Positions 26,540 to 34,868 are shown, counted from the stretch's first letter. The stretch: DNA of 56,222 nucleotides from an uncultured bacterium (GCA_903824595.1 CAIJXH010000008.1:1-56222); one strand, 5' to 3'. Translations and numbers: made by a program. Notes: generated by a model not told the origin, from the letters alone.

Positions 26540-29299
26540 ATGGCAATCAATTGGCGCGACATTCAGGAGAGGGCGACGATTTTCGCTCACAAGTATGCCG
26601 ATGCCAAAGATGAGGATCGTGATGCGAAGCCTTTTTGGAAAGACTTGCTTGAACTCTACGGTGTGGACCCGCGTCAAATCGGAGCGTTTGAGGAGCGCGT
26701 ACGTATTCACGGCAGGCCTGGGGTGGGGAAGATAGACTACTTCGCGCCGCATAAGTTTATCATCGAGCATAAGTCGCGCGGCAAGGATCTTGGTGTTGCG
26801 TATCGACAAGCGATGGACTATTTCGACGCGCTTTCGAAGACAGATCGTCCACGCTACATTATCGTTTCTGATTTTGCGCGTTTCCATGTGTACGATCTTG
26901 AAGCTTCCGAAGAAAATCGTTTCGTTGAATTCTCTCTTGAAGAACTTCCGAAGCGCGTGCGCCAATTCGCATTCTTTGCCGACGAAGATGTGCGCGTGTA
27001 CAAACCCGAAGAGCCAATCGACGTGAAAGCCGTTCGCTCTATCGGTAGGCTCCATGATGCGCTCCGTTCTTCCAACTATTCCACGGCGCACCTCTCGCCG
27101 CTTCTCACGCGTCTCGTCTTCCTGTTTTTCGCCGACGACACCGGTATTTTTGAGAACAACGCTATTCGCGAGTATCTCGATGCAAACACCAATCCCGACG
27201 GCTCTGACATTGGCGACAAGCTCAATGGCATATTCCAGGTACTTGATACGCCACAAGAAATGCGACAGACGACGCTCCATCCAGTGCTCGCGAATCTACC
27301 ATATGTGAACGGGGGATTGTTTGCCGCTCCGCTTCCCGTGGTCTTTGTGTCACGCGAAGTGCGCGAGACTATCCTTGCATGCGCCGCCTTCGACTGGTCG
27401 CGTGTGTCTCCTGCCATCTTCGGTTCGATGTTTCAGTCGGTGATGAACGAAAAAGAGCGACACGATCTCGGTGCACACTACACGAGCGAAACCAACATTC
27501 TCAAGGTTATCAACGGCCTTTTTCTCGAAGAACTACGCACCGAGCTCGAAGCCGCAAAGACCAACCGCGAAAAACTCCTTGCGCTCCAAGAACGATTGGC
27601 CAAAATAACCCTGCTTGATCCTGCGTGTGGTTGCGGCAACTTCCTCGTGGTTGCGTATCGCGAATTGCGCAAGGTTGAGAATGATGTCATTGCGCGACTT
27701 TACAACAAGACGAGTACCACTAAAGTGGAGGCGGGTCACACGGTGTTGCCGCTCGGTGTCAATCTCAAAACTATCTCCAAAATGTCGGTCGAGCGCATGT
27801 ACGGCATCGAAATCGATTCGTTCCCCGCCGAAGTCGCTAAACTCTCGCTCTGGCTCGTCGATCACCTAATGAACGTCGAGCTCGGCAAGCTCTTCGGTCA
27901 GCCACTCACCAAGCTCCCGCTTACCGAAGCGCCGCACATCGTTCAAGGCAATGCTCTGCGCCTCGATTGGGAATCGGTCGTGCCCAAAGATAAACTCACC
28001 TACATTCTTGGAAACCCACCGTTTCTCGGTTCGCGGGTGATGAGTCTAGAACAAAAGGGAGATATTGAAACAATATTTGGGGATACGCGCGGTGTAGGAA
28101 ATTTAGACTATGTTGCTGGTTGGTATTTAAAAGCAGGAGACTATATACAAAACACTCGCATAACATGTGCGTTTGTTTCTACCAACAGTATCACGCAAGG
28201 CGAACAAGTTAATGTTTTGTGGAAATTTCTCATCGAACAACGTGGTGTACATATCCGCTTTGCGCACCGTACGTTCAAATGGAGCAATGAAGCGACAGGG
28301 AAAGCCGCCGTGTTTTGCGTAATTGTTGGTTTTGGACTGAGTGAAATTAAACAACCTAGAATATATGAATATGCTGATATCGGCGGCGAGGCAAAAGAAG
28401 TTAAAACACAGCACATCAATCCTTACATGGTCGATGCTCCCGATGTTTTTATAGAAAGCAGAAACAAACCATTGAATGGTAATGTGCCCCGGATGAGTGT
28501 TGGTAACTTACCAATTGATGGCGGCATCTATTTGTTCACGACCGAGGGAAAAGCAGAGTTTCTGAAACGAGAGCCACAATCGAAGAAATATTTCCGAAGG
28601 TGGATCGGCTCCGACGAATTTTTGAATGGCTGGGAGCGTTGGTGTCTGTGGCTCGGAGATGCGAGTCCGAGCGATCTTAGAGATATGCCAGAAATAATGA
28701 GGCGTATTGATGCGGTAAAACAGTTTCGTCTATCCAGCAAGAGACCTGCTACCAGAAAATTAGCTGAAACACCAACGCATTTCCATCTTGAAAATATGCC
28801 GACCGGAAACTATTTAGTCGTACCAAAAGTCTCATCAGAGCGTCGTCGCTACATTCCCATTGGTTTTGAACATCCTTCAACGTTTGCTAGCGATCTTGTT
28901 TTTATCGTGCCGGAAGCAACTCTCTATCACTTCGGCGTTCTCGAAAGTGAAATGCATATGGCGTGGATGCGGGTGATCGCAGGTCGTTTGAAATCGGACT
29001 ATCGGTACTCAAATACCATCGTCTACAACAACTTTCCATGGTCGGAGGACTCAACCGACGAGCAGAAAAGGGAAGTGGAAACGGCGGCACAGGCGGTACT
29101 CGACGCGCGCGCGGCTCACGCGGGCGCGACACTTGCCGATCTCTACGATCCGCTCACCATGCCCAAGGATTTGCTCGATGCTCACCACCACCTCGACCGC
29201 GCCGTAGATGCCTGCTACGGCAAACGCAAATTCAAGAACGAGCCGGAGCGGCTTGAGTACTTGTTCGAGAAGTATAAAGAATTGATAGCCAAGAAATAA
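26540..29299 (+). CDS. MmeI-like type IIL restriction-modification enzyme (nuclease + N6-adenine methyltransferase + TRD in one chain)
   Basis: 919 aa. N-terminus MAINWRDIQERA...AKPFWKDLLELYGV...DYFAPHKFIIEHKSRGKDL (D...EXK). Methyltransferase motifs LDPACGCGNFL and GNPPFLG. Confidence 0.88.
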   Translation: MAINWRDIQERATIFAHKYADAKDEDRDAKPFWKDLLELYGVDPRQIGAFEERVRIHGRPGVGKIDYFAPHKFIIEHKSRGKDLGVAYRQAMDYFDALSKTDRPRYIIVSDFARFHVYDLEASEENRFVEFSLEELPKRVRQFAFFADEDVRVYKPEEPIDVKAVRSIGRLHDALRSSNYSTAHLSPLLTRLVFLFFADDTGIFENNAIREYLDANTNPDGSDIGDKLNGIFQVLDTPQEMRQTTLHPVLANLPYVNGGLFAAPLPVVFVSREVRETILACAAFDWSRVSPAIFGSMFQSVMNEKERHDLGAHYTSETNILKVINGLFLEELRTELEAAKTNREKLLALQERLAKITLLDPACGCGNFLVVAYRELRKVENDVIARLYNKTSTTKVEAGHTVLPLGVNLKTISKMSVERMYGIEIDSFPAEVAKLSLWLVDHLMNVELGKLFGQPLTKLPLTEAPHIVQGNALRLDWESVVPKDKLTYILGNPPFLGSRVMSLEQKGDIETIFGDTRGVGNLDYVAGWYLKAGDYIQNTRITCAFVSTNSITQGEQVNVLWKFLIEQRGVHIRFAHRTFKWSNEATGKAAVFCVIVGFGLSEIKQPRIYEYADIGGEAKEVKTQHINPYMVDAPDVFIESRNKPLNGNVPRMSVGNLPIDGGIYLFTTEGKAEFLKREPQSKKYFRRWIGSDEFLNGWERWCLWLGDASPSDLRDMPEIMRRIDAVKQFRLSSKRPATRKLAETPTHFHLENMPTGNYLVVPKVSSERRRYIPIGFEHPSTFASDLVFIVPEATLYHFGVLESEMHMAWMRVIAGRLKSDYRYSNTIVYNNFPWSEDSTDEQKREVETAAQAVLDARAAHAGATLADLYDPLTMPKDLLDAHHHLDRAVDACYGKRKFKNEPERLEYLFEKYKELIAKK

Positions 29300-29306
29300 A
29301 TTCAAA

Positions 29307-29324
29307 CCCCGCCTTTCGGCGGGG
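29307..29324. terminator. shared hairpin between convergent genes
   Basis: CCCCGCC-TTTC-GGCGGGG, between the MmeI-like gene (+) and the 46-aa ORF (-). Confidence 0.5.
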
Positions 29325-29331
29325 TCGTGTG

Positions 29332-29472
29332 CTACTTTGCTGTTCCGTAGCCGCGTCTCGGCATATGCTCGACAACATAACGTTCGGGATTGCCACTTCG
29401 AGCTTTCCTAACCGGGACAAGTTCCCCGGTCTTCGCATCTCTGCCTATTTTGAATGACTTTGATTTCGCCAT
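29332..29472 (-). CDS. small basic protein (46 aa)
   Basis: Manual translation gives MAKSKSFKIGRDAKTGELVPVRKARSGNPERYVVEHMPRRGYGTAK*. It resembles a small conserved protein family recalled from plasmid and TA contexts. Confidence 0.4.
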   Translation of the reverse strand: MAKSKSFKIGRDAKTGELVPVRKARSGNPERYVVEHMPRRGYGTAK

Positions 29473-29567
29473 ACGATTTGTTTATCCAGTAATTCTCCGG
29501 AGCGCACGCCAGATTGAACATTATTGTATGGTGAGGATTTATCCATGTCAATATTGTGGACAATTTG

Positions 29568-29595
29568 TTGACAAGAATCCTGACGTATGGATAAT
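29568..29595 (+). promoter_or_regulatory. promoter of the HTH-Panacea gene
   Basis: TTGACA, a 16-nt spacer, then GATAAT. The ATG at 29602 is 6 nt downstream, which suggests a leaderless start at MSQSTLL.... Confidence 0.5.
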
Positions 29596-30369
29596 AAAAA
29601 CATGTCTCAATCTACATTGCTTCGGGAGTTGCGGGAGGGGGAGGGGTTGGCGCAGGAAGCGGTCGCCAAGGAGCTTGGTGTGTCGCGCCCGACCTATATC
29701 GCGCTCGAACAAGGGAAGCGGGAGCTTACGCTTGGCGAGGCGCAGAGTGTGGCGCGGATGTACGGCGTCCCGCTCGATGTGATCGCGTCGGGCAAGAAGC
29801 CGGCGGAAATAGCGCTTCCCAAAGGCAAGGAGAAAAAAGAGAAGCCGTACGTGCGTATTAGTGTGCCGCAGGAGCGGATCGACAAATTCAAGCAGGTGCT
29901 TTTGTATCTTTTGGGGAAGACGGCGGGCAAGCCCAATGTGGGCGAGACGGTGCTGTACAAGCTCCTCTACTTTATCGATTTTGACTACTACGAAAAGTAC
30001 GGGGAACAGCTCATGGGGTTGCGGTATATTCGCAACCATTTTGGTCCGTCGCCGCGTGCGTTTGGGGCGGTTGTGCGTGAGATGGAGAAGGCGAACGAGA
30101 TAGAAAAAGTGAAAAGCACCTATTTTGCGCACGACCAAAAGAAATATTTGCCGCACAAGGTTGCCGACTTGTCTGTTCTTTCGGGGCGAGAAGTGGAAAT
30201 GATTGATGATGTGCTCTCGCGGTATGGCGACAAAAACGCGTCGGAACTTTCCGCGCTCACACACGAAGATATGCCGTGGATGGCGGCAAAGCAAGGCCAA
30301 GATATCCGGTATGAGCATGTGTTCTATCGCTCCGACAAGCTATCGGTTGGTACCTATGACGAGCTATAA
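29587..30369 (+). CDS. XRE-HTH fused to a DUF4065 (Panacea/SocA-like) antitoxin domain
   Basis: The HTH is LAQEAVAKELGVSRPTYIALEQGKREL. The Panacea-type core is VLYKLLYFIDFDYYEKYGEQLMGLRYIRNHFGPSP. The alternative start is 29602. Confidence 0.8.
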   Translation: MDNKNMSQSTLLRELREGEGLAQEAVAKELGVSRPTYIALEQGKRELTLGEAQSVARMYGVPLDVIASGKKPAEIALPKGKEKKEKPYVRISVPQERIDKFKQVLLYLLGKTAGKPNVGETVLYKLLYFIDFDYYEKYGEQLMGLRYIRNHFGPSPRAFGAVVREMEKANEIEKVKSTYFAHDQKKYLPHKVADLSVLSGREVEMIDDVLSRYGDKNASELSALTHEDMPWMAAKQGQDIRYEHVFYRSDKLSVGTYDEL

Positions 30370-30381
30370 ACGCGACCGACT

Positions 30382-30726
30382 ATGGAATTTGGCGAGACAT
30401 CCGAGTTTGCGCACGATTTGAAGCGGTTGAGAAAGAAATATCTGTCACTCGACGAAGATGTGACTGCTCTGCGAGAGGCGATCGAAGTGTCTCCGAGTGG
30501 AGATGGGGCAAAACATTGCAACTGCATGCGTCGTGCGGGAGATGTCATCGTCTACAAAATCCGTCTCGCATGTCGGTACTTACAGGCATCGCGCATGCGC
30601 GTGATATACGCGCATCATGTGAAAGAGCGAAAAGTCGTATTCATCGAGCTGTATTACAAAGGCGAACATGTGCACGAGGATGGTGGCAGGATTACGGCGT
30701 ACCTGAAATCGAATATGCTACAGTAA
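30382..30726 (+). CDS. RelE/ParE-superfamily toxin
   Basis: FAHDLKRLRKKY...VYKIRLA...RMRVIYAHHVKERKVVFIELYYKGE follows the RelE/HigB-like pattern. It starts 12 nt after the antitoxin stop. Confidence 0.7.
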   Translation: MEFGETSEFAHDLKRLRKKYLSLDEDVTALREAIEVSPSGDGAKHCNCMRRAGDVIVYKIRLACRYLQASRMRVIYAHHVKERKVVFIELYYKGEHVHEDGGRITAYLKSNMLQ

Positions 30727-30730
30727 TTCC

Positions 30731-31576
30731 ATGTCCATCCCCGACAAATACTCCGCCGTGTGGGTGTCGCATTCGTCGATGGGGGATTTTTTGAAGTGTC
30801 CAAGGGCGTACTTTTTGCACAATGTCTATAAGAATCCGAAGACGGGCAGGAAGATGACGCTCGTCGCGCCGCCGCTTTCGCTAGGGGCTGCGGTGCATAC
30901 GACGCTCGAAGATTTGAAACACCTTCCCGTGGAAGAGCGCATGAAGCGCGATTTGTTGGCGGATTTTGAGAAAGCGTGGGAGGCGGTGTCGGGCAAAAAG
31001 GGAGGATTTACGAGCGAGGAAGAGGAGGCAGCGACCAAGGCGCGCGGCAAGGCGATGGTCGAGCGTGTGGTGCAAAATCCCGGACCAATCGCGCGAAAGA
31101 CGGTCAAGCTTCCCGCCGCACACAACAACATGCCGCCCAATTTCTACCTCTCCGAAGAAGACAACATTATCCTCTGCGGACTCATCGACTGGATCGAATA
31201 TGTGGAAGCCGACGACAGTATCCGCGTCTTGGATTTCAAGACAGGCAAGCATGAAGAGTCGGGTGATTCGCTCCAATTGCCGATCTATCTTCTGCTTTTG
31301 AATGCGCTCCAGAGGCGCCGCGTCAGCGGCGCCTCGTACTGGTATTTGGAAAAAGACGACGCGCCGATTGTGGTGGATTTGCCTGATGCGGCGGAAGCGC
31401 GTGAAGCAGTGCTCGCGGTGGCGAGGCGCGTGAAAGAGGCGCGGGAGAAAAAAGAGTTTGCGTGTCCGCGCGGCGAGCAGCAGTGTTTCGCGTGTCGCCC
31501 GTATGAAAAAATCTTGGCAGACGAAGCGGAATACATCGGCGTGGGCGGGTACGGACAGGATGTATACCTCGTGTAA
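30731..31576 (+). CDS. PD-(D/E)XK (RecB/Cas4-like) nuclease with four-Cys cluster
   Basis: N-terminal CPRAYF, core IDWIEY...VLDFKTGK, QLPIYLLL, and C-terminal CPRGEQQCFAC. Confidence 0.8.
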   Translation: MSIPDKYSAVWVSHSSMGDFLKCPRAYFLHNVYKNPKTGRKMTLVAPPLSLGAAVHTTLEDLKHLPVEERMKRDLLADFEKAWEAVSGKKGGFTSEEEEAATKARGKAMVERVVQNPGPIARKTVKLPAAHNNMPPNFYLSEEDNIILCGLIDWIEYVEADDSIRVLDFKTGKHEESGDSLQLPIYLLLLNALQRRRVSGASYWYLEKDDAPIVVDLPDAAEAREAVLAVARRVKEAREKKEFACPRGEQQCFACRPYEKILADEAEYIGVGGYGQDVYLV

Positions 31577-31616
31577 CAAAAAGGAGATTGGCGGTGCCAA
31601 TCTCCCGTAATTATGG

Positions 31617-31817
31617 TTATGGCTTTTTTTTCCACTTGGCGTTTGGTTGTTTACGCCAATCTGTGCTCCATTCGGTGATGTTTATTCGTCTGCCCTTTCC
31701 TACGCCTGTTTTAGCGGGCGGTGGCGCAACTCCTGATCCGTTGCATTGTTTGCAGTCGATCCCCGCGCTGTCGCGTCCCGTCCCGCCACAAAATGCGCAT
31801 GCACTCGCTTCATCCAT
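31617..31817 (-). CDS. small DnaJ-type zinc-finger protein
   Basis: CAFCGGTG and CKQCNGSG repeats (CxxCxGxG) with a basic tail. Confidence 0.5.
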   Translation of the reverse strand: MDEASACAFCGGTGRDSAGIDCKQCNGSGVAPPPAKTGVGKGRRINITEWSTDWRKQPNAKWKKKP

Positions 31818-31881
31818 CTTTCACACGTCCATAATTCACTGGTGAACTTGTCTCACTGCATTGTACCATTGTGTTTTGCTG

Positions 31882-32412
31882 CTATTCCGCATTTGTATAC
31901 ACTTCCTCCACGTCGTCGTGCGCGTCGAGCTGCTCCAAAATCTCCATGAGACGTGTGTGGTCGGAGGGCGAGAGTGGTACTGTCGTGGCGGGCTCGTAGC
32001 CGTCGTGCGTTTTGGTGAACGCCCACAGCGCGCTTCCTTGTGCAGCGAGCGCGAGACCATTTTCGGTAAGTAGATGCTTGATTTCTTGCGCCGTGCGATT
32101 GCGACTGTCTGTCAGTGTCTCGATGATGATCGCTGCGCCGCCTGGACCGTACGTCTCATAGGTAATCGCTTCCATTGTCGCGGCGTCTGCTGAAATTCCC
32201 TTAGCGACCGCACGCTCGATGTTCTCCTTCGGCATGTTGGTTTTCTTGGCGGTCTCGATGATTGCGCGGAGGCCCGGCAGTGTCACGTCGCCATTGGCTT
32301 TCTTGCTTTCCACGGCGATGCGTTTGCCGAGTTTGCCCCATACTTGGCTTTTGGCACCGTCATTCGCACCCTTCTGCCTCTTTATCTGCGACCATTTATT
32401 ATGTCCTCCCAT
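31882..32412 (-). CDS. yebC: YebC/PmpR-family transcriptional regulator
   Basis: MGGHNKWSQIKRQKGANDGAKS... is the canonical YebC N-terminus. The start is set at 32412, not at the track ORF start of 32475. Confidence 0.88.
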   Translation of the reverse strand: MGGHNKWSQIKRQKGANDGAKSQVWGKLGKRIAVESKKANGDVTLPGLRAIIETAKKTNMPKENIERAVAKGISADAATMEAITYETYGPGGAAIIIETLTDSRNRTAQEIKHLLTENGLALAAQGSALWAFTKTHDGYEPATTVPLSPSDHTRLMEILEQLDAHDDVEEVYTNAE

Positions 32413-32448
32413 GCGGCGCATTCTATAAGAAATCGGGCGAAAAGGAAA

Positions 32449-32467
32449 CGGCCGCTCGTGGCGGCCG
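32449..32467 (-). terminator. intrinsic terminator after the kinase gene
   Basis: CGGCCGC-TCGTG-GCGGCCG, followed on the minus strand by a U-rich tract. It lies just upstream of the TATAGAAT hexamer in front of yebC. Confidence 0.6.
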
Positions 32468-32471
32468 CTTT

Positions 32472-33017
32472 TCACAAGGCAAGAATGTCGGAGGGAACTG
32501 GATCACATGGGTTGATGTGGCGAACGACATCGAACACACCCTCTTCTTGGAGATGGAGCGCCGCGAATAATCCGTGGATGCGTGTGCATGTCCCAATGCG
32601 TTGCTCACGCGCATATGCAGTGTAAATCGGTTTCTTGCACTCGATCGGCTTCCGATCGAAACTCCACGCGATATTGGTATCGAGTGGGGTCACAAAGTGC
32701 CAAGCTGCAAGACAGTCGACGCGCATTTCCCGCACCTTTTGCGCGATGCGCACGCGTTCTTCTGGAGGTCCGTTCCATGCGTCTAGAATAATGGTGACGT
32801 CGGGATTCTCAAGGCGAGCCGCAAGCTTCCGCCATAGAATATCCCAGGCGGCCTCATGGGTACCTGAATAGGCATCGGCGTAGATGCTCCCACATAGTTC
32901 CATCAGAATGGCATCTCGACTTACAATGTGCACGTCAGGGTGCGCGCGCACCACACTCTGGGCAAACGTAGATTTTCCCGCACACTGCGGACCCACTGTC
33001 AGGATGACTCTTCTCAT
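32472..33017 (-). CDS. P-loop kinase, AAA_33 / polynucleotide-kinase-like
   Basis: Walker A GPQCAGKST and SRD about 20 residues later, as in T4 Pnk-type and zeta-like kinases. Confidence 0.75.
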   Translation of the reverse strand: MRRVILTVGPQCAGKSTFAQSVVRAHPDVHIVSRDAILMELCGSIYADAYSGTHEAAWDILWRKLAARLENPDVTIILDAWNGPPEERVRIAQKVREMRVDCLAAWHFVTPLDTNIAWSFDRKPIECKKPIYTAYAREQRIGTCTRIHGLFAALHLQEEGVFDVVRHINPCDPVPSDILAL

Positions 33018-33165
33018 TTCTCCACACTCCTTTCATGTTTTCCGTCGAGCACAGTAGCACGCCGCTAGCATAGATTCAACGATGCGCCGAAGCGACGCTC
33101 AATTCCTTGTGCGCTCTGCGATTTAGTGCTTTATAGGCATCTACAGGTCACCATAAGTAGGGGAT

Positions 33166-34407
33166 TTAGAAATTCCCAATCTGGTCGGCGTCAATAGGCG
33201 AGCGCAGAGCGAGTCGTGGTGCGAGTGCGGCGAGTCGGCTGTCGGCATCGTCGGGAATGTGCGGCAGGTCGGCAAGCATGAGCCCGGGGTCGTTGCAACT
33301 TTCCAGCGCGATTTGCGCGATGCGGCGTATTTCTTTTTCATACGCGGGCTCACTCTTGAGGAATGTGGTCTTGCGGCGGATTTGCGCATCGGTGCATCCG
33401 GGCTGGTATGCCGGATCGCCCGTGCATGAAATGAGTCGCGCGACGCCGAGCATGATAAGTGCGGTCTCTCGCGGCGGTCGCGCAATAATCTCGCGCACGT
33501 CGGTGAGTGCGAGCCAGTCGAGAATATGGTGCGCGGATTCGTGAAGCGTAATGTCTGCGCGTATGGTCGTGTGCGTTTTCTGTATGTTCTGATGTGTCTT
33601 GATGAGCGCGTCGAGCACAGAAAGCGGCTCGATCATTTCGTGAAGATTGTCGTCGGGAGTGTTGGTGGTCAGGCGACTGGTGTTCAGGTTCATTGTTTGT
33701 TCGACGATGGTTTGAAACATGCGTGAGTTGCGGTGGTTGTTGGGCATGATGCTGATCGTGTGATTCTCGCACGCGGCGAGCGCGCGCACGGCGGGCTGGA
33801 TGTCTTCCATGGTGACGATCTTCGGGCGCTTCGTTTTTCGCGCACGGACGCAATCAAAAAGTTTGATAAGTGCGTCGTCGGGTTTGCAGGTGGGGTCGGA
33901 GAGAAACGCGACAAGTGTCCGCGCGTCTTTCGCCGTGCATCCTATTTTTTCCAAATGGCGCGCCAATGTCTTTTCCGACACCTCCGCGAGATATTCCAGC
34001 TTTTCATCGACAGCGTTGAAATAGGCATCAAGATCAATCGTCGCATCTCCGTTTTCGTTAGTCGTTATTGTCTTCGATTTCTCCTCGCGTATCGCCTCAA
34101 TAGGCGACATGCCGAGATCTTTGTGCGGAAAATAATTCCACACCGCGCCGAGGATTTGCAGGTTGGTGGTGAGAATGTTGTTGGGCAGTTGTTTATGGAT
34201 GAGTACATCACATACGTCATTCTGAAATTTCTTGAACGGATAGTCCTTGCGCGAATTCACGCCGACGTGTACGACGCGAATCGCCGCCTCAAAAGAAAGC
34301 GTGCTTGGGAAATCGTACTCCCGCGCCATGGTCTCGTAGTCGCGGCGTATCGCGGTGCGCAGCTCTTCAATCGGGGTGGTCATGTCGGGGTCTTGGTATT
34401 TGTACAT
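33166..34407 (-). CDS. hypothetical 413-aa protein
   Basis: Long uninterrupted ORF carrying the WNYFPHKDLGMSPIE motif, which is shared with ORF 55531..55827. Confidence 0.75.
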   Translation of the reverse strand: MYKYQDPDMTTPIEELRTAIRRDYETMAREYDFPSTLSFEAAIRVVHVGVNSRKDYPFKKFQNDVCDVLIHKQLPNNILTTNLQILGAVWNYFPHKDLGMSPIEAIREEKSKTITTNENGDATIDLDAYFNAVDEKLEYLAEVSEKTLARHLEKIGCTAKDARTLVAFLSDPTCKPDDALIKLFDCVRARKTKRPKIVTMEDIQPAVRALAACENHTISIMPNNHRNSRMFQTIVEQTMNLNTSRLTTNTPDDNLHEMIEPLSVLDALIKTHQNIQKTHTTIRADITLHESAHHILDWLALTDVREIIARPPRETALIMLGVARLISCTGDPAYQPGCTDAQIRRKTTFLKSEPAYEKEIRRIAQIALESCNDPGLMLADLPHIPDDADSRLAALAPRLALRSPIDADQIGNF

Positions 34408-34482
34408 AGTGGCATTTTAGTGTGTATGTGGTGTCTTCTCAAATCGTTTGCGGTAGGTGGGCAGGTTTGGTACGCTACGTAT

Positions 34483-34773
34483 ATGGAGCATCTTTTGGTG
34501 AATCTGCCGGTGAGTATTGCGAAGCAAGGAAGACGGTTTGTCGCATACTCTCCCGCGCTTGATATTTCGACGAGCGGCAAAAGCGAAACCGACGCAAAGC
34601 GAATGTTCGGAGAACTGGCGCGGCTTTTCATTGAAGAATTGAAAGAAGCTGGGACGCTCGATCAAGTATTGACGGAACTGGGTTGGCGCAAAATAACAAC
34701 TCGTCCGTGTGCTTCACAGTGGACGCCGCCGCGCGCGTACAGCGTGCCGGTGCGGATGCCAGTGGCGGCATAG
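34483..34773 (+). CDS. HicB-like (UPF0150) antitoxin-family protein
   Basis: LPVSIAKQGRRFVAYSPALDISTSGKSETDAKRMFGELARLFIEELKEAGTLDQVL follows the HicB-fold pattern. Only the last 96 codons of track ORF 33733..34773 are plausible. Confidence 0.6.
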   Translation: MEHLLVNLPVSIAKQGRRFVAYSPALDISTSGKSETDAKRMFGELARLFIEELKEAGTLDQVLTELGWRKITTRPCASQWTPPRAYSVPVRMPVAA

Positions 34774-34868
34774 TTATATTGTCGCCTGGCATCATCACCA
34801 ACAATCTCCGCACGCTCGGCATTTCCCGTGAGGAGTATTTGGATTTTTTGAAGCGGTAGTGATTATCG

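Noticed and set aside
26402-27280. 292-aa minus-strand ORF
   Set aside because: It is antisense to the N-terminal domain of the MmeI-like gene, and it has no motif. The same reasoning rejects 29548..30318, 30881..31600, 35399..35995, 38661..39306 and 1103..1789.
33733-34482. N-terminal 250 codons of the 346-aa plus-strand ORF 33733..34773
   Set aside because: This part is antisense to the 413-aa ORF. Only the last 96 codons, from the ATG at 34483, look like a real (HicB-like) protein.
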